A stretch of 64,000 nt of DNA, taken from the NCBI GenBank assembly GCA_964507105.1, contig CAZDOR010000001.1, positions 4,722-68,721 of the forward strand, read 5' to 3'. Under the pieces are notes generated by a model that was not told where the DNA came from, made no database searches, and saw only the letters and a list, made by a program, of their open reading frames with translations. Positions within the stretch are counted from its first letter, which is position 1. The number at the start of each line of letters is the position of its first letter. Shown in pieces: positions 59,889 to 64,000 of the stretch. A program made the position numbers and the translations under genes. Origin of the DNA: an uncultured Candidatus Saccharibacteria bacterium. GTDB lineage: Bacteria; Patescibacteriota; Minisyncoccia; Minisyncoccales; PWPS01.

Positions 59889-60938
59889 ATGAAAGACAAA
59901 TTAAAAGAAAAAAATTTATTGGAAATCCCGAAGAAAGGAGAAATTGTAGAAGGAAAAATAGTCGGAAAAGGCAGAGCGGCGGCCTATGTTGACTTGGGAA
60001 TATTCGGAACGGGAATAATTTTCGGAAACGAATTTTACAAGGCAAAAGACGAACTGAAAGATCTCGATAACGGGGAATCCGTTTCAATAAAAATTAAGGA
60101 AATAGACGGAAAAGACGGATACGTCGAAGTTTCCAGACACGAAGCCAGAAAAGATATGGCTTGGGATGTCTTGGAAGAGAAAAAGGAAGAAAGCGAAACG
60201 ATTACGGTGAAGATAGAAGGAGCCAACAAAGGAGGATTGTTAACTAAATTATTCGGTATTTCAGCTTTTCTCCCTTCTTCCCAGCTCTCTTCGGAAAATT
60301 ATCCCCACGTAGAGGGAGGAGATAGAAATAAAATACTGGAAGAGCTACAAAAATTAGTCGGAGAAAAACTCGAGGTCAGAATCTTGGACTTGGATAAGGA
60401 TGATGAAAAAATTATTCTTTCTGAAAAAATAAGAGAAATGGAAAAGAAAGAAGAAGCTCTTGAAGATTATTCGGAAGGAGACGTAGTGGAAGGAAAAATA
60501 ACGGGAATAGTAGATTTCGGAGCATTTATAAAATTCGGAGAAGAAATAGAAGGGTTGATTCATATTTCCGAATTGGACTGGAGTCTCGTCTCTCATCCGT
60601 CGGATATGCTTGAAGAGGGAGAAAAAACGAAAGCAAAGATAATAAAAATAGAAGACGGAAAAGTATTTCTTTCACTGAAAGCACTGAAAGAGGATCCCTG
60701 GAAAACAATCAAAAAAGAACACTCAAAAGGTGATACTATCAAAGGAAAAGTGACCAAATTCGTTTCTTTCGGAGCTTTCGTTGAGCTGGACTCCGGAATT
60801 CAAGGGCTCTGTCATATTTCCGAGTTCGGCACAAAAGACAGAATGGAAGCTTCTTTGGAGGTCGGTCGAGATTACGAATTCGAAATTCTTTCCATGGATG
60901 CCGATGATCATCGATTAAGTTTACGATTGAAAAAATAA
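59889..60938 (+). CDS. rpsA: 30S ribosomal protein S1, short four-domain form
   Basis: Four S1 repeats (GEIVEGKIVG..., GDVVEGKITG..., GDTIKGKVTK...). The ORF track starts it at a TTG at 59760; the first ATG with a sensible N-terminus is at 59889. Confidence 0.8.
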   Translation: MKDKLKEKNLLEIPKKGEIVEGKIVGKGRAAAYVDLGIFGTGIIFGNEFYKAKDELKDLDNGESVSIKIKEIDGKDGYVEVSRHEARKDMAWDVLEEKKEESETITVKIEGANKGGLLTKLFGISAFLPSSQLSSENYPHVEGGDRNKILEELQKLVGEKLEVRILDLDKDDEKIILSEKIREMEKKEEALEDYSEGDVVEGKITGIVDFGAFIKFGEEIEGLIHISELDWSLVSHPSDMLEEGEKTKAKIIKIEDGKVFLSLKALKEDPWKTIKKEHSKGDTIKGKVTKFVSFGAFVELDSGIQGLCHISEFGTKDRMEASLEVGRDYEFEILSMDADDHRLSLRLKK

Positions 60939-60987
60939 AAAGCGGAACAACTTAAAAAGAGCCCTATCCGGAGGCTCTTTTTTAATG

Positions 60988-61060
60988 TCTCCTCGGGAGG
61001 ACTCGAACCCCCACCTGCGGCTTAGGAGGCCACTGCTCTATCCGGTTGAGCTACGAGGAG
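60988..61060 (-). tRNA. tRNA-Arg (anticodon CCT)
   Basis: Reverse complement CTCCTCGTAGCTCAACCGGATAGAGCA-GTGGC-CTCCTAA-GCCGC...GGGTTCGAGTCCTCCCGAGGAGA. Confidence 0.75.
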
Positions 61061-61074
61061 TATTTAAGTAAATT

Positions 61075-61152
61075 TGGGCGACCGACGGGACTCGAACCCG
61101 CAGAAACTCCTGAACCACAATCAGGTGCTTTACCAATTAAGCTACGGTCGCC
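61075..61152 (-). tRNA. tRNA-His (anticodon GTG) with genomically encoded G-1 and 3' CCA
   Basis: Reverse complement G-GCGACCG...CCTGA-TTGTGGT-TCAGG...CGGTCGC-C-CCA. Confidence 0.85.
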
Positions 61153-61155
61153 ATG

Positions 61156-61228
<73 letters not shown>

Positions 61229-61322
61229 TCGCGTAACTATTATACAAATTAATCTATTTTAGTCAACGAACTCTAAATGAGCTTGATTTTAAAAAAAAAT
61301 ATGTTATTCTATATAGACGTAA

Positions 61323-63149
61323 ATGTTTAAAAATTTAAGTAAAAACTTAATATCTTTTTTCTTAATACTCCTGCTATTGGTTTCTCTTTTTTCCATAGCC
61401 TCGGAAGAGTTCGGTTTTTTTGAACAGCCCAAAAAAATTTCAACCGGCAGGTTGGTTGAAAAAATAAATGAAGGTTCCGTTTCCAGAATGATCTCAATAG
61501 GAAACGAAATCGAAATTATCCTTGAAGACGAAACGACAAAAACAACGAGAAAAGAAACCGATACTCCGCTAATGGATTTTCTCATCAGCTGGGGAGCAGA
61601 GCAGGATGCAATTAGAGAAATCGAAATAGAATATGAAGAGGAACCGGACTGGAGTTGGCTCGGCACTCTTCTTATTGTCTTTTTGCCATTGATTTTTCTA
61701 ATAGTGTTTTTTCAGTTGATAATGAAAAAAGCCAAGGGAGGAGCCAGTAGTGCTTTGGACTTTTCAAAAACCAAAGCTCGTCTTTTCGGAGAAGGAGGAC
61801 TTCCGAAAAAAGATGTTGATTTTGAAGATGTAGCCGGACTGGAAGAAGCTAAAGAAGAGCTGAAAGAAATCGTAGAATTTTTAAAGGATCCGAAAAGGTT
61901 TTCGGAAGTCGGAGCCGAAATTCCCCGGGGAGTCCTGTTAACCGGTCCGCCGGGAACGGGAAAAACACTTTTAGCTCAAGCGGTTTCCGGAGAAGCGGAT
62001 GTTCCTTTTTTTGAAATTTCCGGATCAGAATTCATAGAAATGTTTGTCGGAGTCGGATCCGGAAGAGTTAGAGATTTGTTCAAAAAAGCTAAAAACAAAC
62101 AGCCTTGTATCGTATACATAGACGAGCTGGATGCAATAGGCCGAAAAAGAGGAGCGGGCCTCGGAGGGGGAAACGACGAAAGAGAACAAACTCTCAATCA
62201 AATTCTGGTTGAATTGGACGGTTTCGAAAAAGAAACGAAAGTTATCGTTCTCGCCAGCACGAACAGGCCCGATGTTCTGGACCCCGCTCTTCTCAGACCG
62301 GGAAGGTTCGACAGGAAAATAATTCTGGATTCTCCGGATCTCAAGTCAAGAAAGAAAATATTGGAAATACACACCAGAAAAAAACCGCTGTCGGATGATG
62401 TCAATTTGCAGGAAGTGGCGGAAAGAACTCCGGGATTTTCCGGAGCCGATCTGGAAAACTTAACTAACGAAGCGGCAATTCTAACCGCAAGAAGAGAAAA
62501 AAAGAAAATAACCCAGACGGAGTTTTTGGAGTCGATAGAAAAAGTGCTTCTCGGGCCGGAACGAAAAAGTCATATTTTAACAAAGAAAGAAAAAGAAATA
62601 AGTGCCTATCACGAAGCGGGTCACGCCCTGATGTCTCATTTACTTGCAGAAACACAAGAAGTCAGAAAAGTTTCCATTATTTCCAGAGGACGTGCGGCCG
62701 GATATACTTTAAAAATGCCGATGGAAGAGAAGAAAATGAAAAACAAAACCGAATATTCAGCTGAAATAGCCGTACTGCTGGGTGGTTACAGTGCTGAAAA
62801 AATAGTGTATAATGAAACGACGACCGGAGCTTCCAACGATCTTGAAAAAGCTTCTAAATATGCGAGAAAATTAGTTAAAAAATACGGTATGTCATCCCTG
62901 GGGCCGATTTCTTACGGCGGGGAAAGAGAGCATGTTTTTTTGGGAGAAGAAATATCGGAAGAAAAAAATTATTCTGAAGAAGTAGCCGCCAAGATAGACA
63001 AAGAAATTTCCAAAATAATAAGGGAAGCTGAAAACAAAGCGACCGAATTATTGAAAGAAAATCAAGAAAAATTGGAAGAATTAGCTAAGACCCTGATAGA
63101 AAAAGAAACGATTGAAAAAGAAGAATTCGAACAAATCGTAGATAATTAA
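61323..63149 (+). CDS. ftsH: ATP-dependent zinc metalloprotease FtsH
   Basis: AAA+ Walker A GPPGTGKT, SRH, zinc site HEAGHAL. Confidence 0.95.
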   Translation: MFKNLSKNLISFFLILLLLVSLFSIASEEFGFFEQPKKISTGRLVEKINEGSVSRMISIGNEIEIILEDETTKTTRKETDTPLMDFLISWGAEQDAIREIEIEYEEEPDWSWLGTLLIVFLPLIFLIVFFQLIMKKAKGGASSALDFSKTKARLFGEGGLPKKDVDFEDVAGLEEAKEELKEIVEFLKDPKRFSEVGAEIPRGVLLTGPPGTGKTLLAQAVSGEADVPFFEISGSEFIEMFVGVGSGRVRDLFKKAKNKQPCIVYIDELDAIGRKRGAGLGGGNDEREQTLNQILVELDGFEKETKVIVLASTNRPDVLDPALLRPGRFDRKIILDSPDLKSRKKILEIHTRKKPLSDDVNLQEVAERTPGFSGADLENLTNEAAILTARREKKKITQTEFLESIEKVLLGPERKSHILTKKEKEISAYHEAGHALMSHLLAETQEVRKVSIISRGRAAGYTLKMPMEEKKMKNKTEYSAEIAVLLGGYSAEKIVYNETTTGASNDLEKASKYARKLVKKYGMSSLGPISYGGEREHVFLGEEISEEKNYSEEVAAKIDKEISKIIREAENKATELLKENQEKLEELAKTLIEKETIEKEEFEQIVDN

Positions 63150-63156
63150 TAAAAAA

Positions 63157-63229
63157 GGGCGCATAGCTCAACGGTCAGAGCACTGTTCTTATAAAGCAGA
63201 GGCTCCAGGTTCGAGTCCTGGTGCGCCCA
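63157..63229 (+). tRNA. tRNA-Ile with anticodon TAT (UAU)
   Basis: GGGCGCATAGCTCAACGGTCAGAGCA-CTGTT-CTTATAA-AGCAG-AGGCTCCAGGTTCGAGTCCTGGTGCGCCCA; A73 discriminator. Confidence 0.7.
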
Positions 63230-63240
63230 CATCAAAAGAC

Positions 63241-63312
63241 GGGCGGCTAGCTCAAGGGCAGAGCGCTTCCTTGACGTGGAAGAGGTTAAAGGTTCGAATC
63301 CTTTGCCGCCCA
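63241..63312 (+). tRNA. tRNA-Val (anticodon GAC)
   Basis: GGGCGGCTAGCTCAAGGGCAGAGCG-CTTCC-TTGACGT-GGAAG...GGTTCGAATCCTTTGCCGCCCA. Confidence 0.85.
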
Positions 63313-63406
63313 CAATTCGATGAAATTGATTTCAAGACAAGAAGGTTTACTTATCAGTCGATTTCCATTATTATCTTTTTAGAAACCTTGAGCATCGAAA
63401 TCGGAA

Positions 63407-64000
63407 ATGAAAAAGAGCGAAATTCACAATAGCCGTGAATTACTGGTCATAAACAAGTCGGCCGGCGAAGAAGTTCACAATTTGGCAAAAAAAATAAGCT
63501 CCTTTTATACTGAACTGAAAACACTTCCTCGGCACGGGCTGGCTCATAGGCTGGATCGAGAAACTTCCGGAGTTCTTCTTTTCGGAAAAAATAGGGAAGT
63601 TTTAAGATTAATCAAAAAAAAATTCAAGGAAAGGAAAGTTAAAAAAAAATATTTTGCTCTGGTATGGAGGCAGATTAAAAAAGATCAAGGCGAAATAAAG
63701 ACTGTAATGAGAAGAGGGGGGGACAGAAGAAAGCATCAATCCTATCCTCTCACGGAGGAAGGAAGGGAAGCAACAAGCCGTTACGAGGTTCTTGAAAGGT
63801 TCGAGGAGCACAGCTTGATAGAGGTTATTCCGATAACGGGAAGAAGACACCAAATAAGAAGTCAATTCGCCTATTTGGGACACCCCGTAGCAGGAGATAA
63901 GCTTTACGGTTTCAAAGATCAAAAAAATCCGAAAAAAATAAAGCGCCACTTTCTGCACAGCAAATCGATAGAATTAACGTTGAGGAAGAAAAGAAGAAAG
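63407..64000 (+). CDS. RluA-family pseudouridine synthase (3' end beyond window)
   Basis: Catalytic HRLDRETSGVLLFGK and TGRRHQIRSQF motifs. The ORF runs to the window edge without a stop, so it is absent from the ORF track. Confidence 0.8.
   Translation, partial: MKKSEIHNSRELLVINKSAGEEVHNLAKKISSFYTELKTLPRHGLAHRLDRETSGVLLFGKNREVLRLIKKKFKERKVKKKYFALVWRQIKKDQGEIKTVMRRGGDRRKHQSYPLTEEGREATSRYEVLERFEEHSLIEVIPITGRRHQIRSQFAYLGHPVAGDKLYGFKDQKNPKKIKRHFLHSKSIELTLRKKRRK

Overview
This is a low-GC (~38%), very gene-dense bacterial window whose gene content and architecture look like Candidate Phyla Radiation / Patescibacteria (inference). It uses the standard genetic code: TGA serves as a stop at several overlapping ATGA gene junctions. 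I call about 62 protein genes and 12 tRNA genes, with no rRNA, CRISPR array, integrase or transposase. The content from start to end is:
- **1-432:** the 5' end of dnaG on the minus strand.
- **584-7844:** a seven-gene plus-strand glycosyltransferase cluster that ends in two tandem B12-binding radical-SAM paralogs sharing a perfect 367-bp repeat.
- **7.8-32 kb:** housekeeping genes — groES/groEL with a CIRCE-like operator, secG, an orphan family-5 solute-binding protein, a cupin-type glucose-6-phosphate isomerase, RNase J, trpS, phosphoglucomutase, ychF, rpsF-ssb-rpsR, recA, ftsK and rpoB-rpoC.
- **32.5-47.2 kb:** one long minus-strand run of a SEDS protein, ligA and a complete type IV pilus locus (pilM/N/O, pilB, pilT, pilC, two tandem pilin genes with an identical 230-bp 5' module, pilD and five minor pilins).
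- **47.2-64 kb:** recG, tsaD, a short valS, prsW, an Hsp20, two methyltransferases, a tandem pair of VirB2/TrbC-like pilins, gyrA, rpsA, ftsH and the start of an RluA-family pseudouridine synthase.

The most notable observations are the glycosyltransferase + B12-radical-SAM operon with evidence of gene conversion, the pilin cassette duplication, a standalone FIST sensor translationally coupled to a signalling-helix coiled-coil protein, the orphan VirB2-like pilin pair, an archaeal-type cupin PGI, and a tRNA-Ile with a UAU anticodon.
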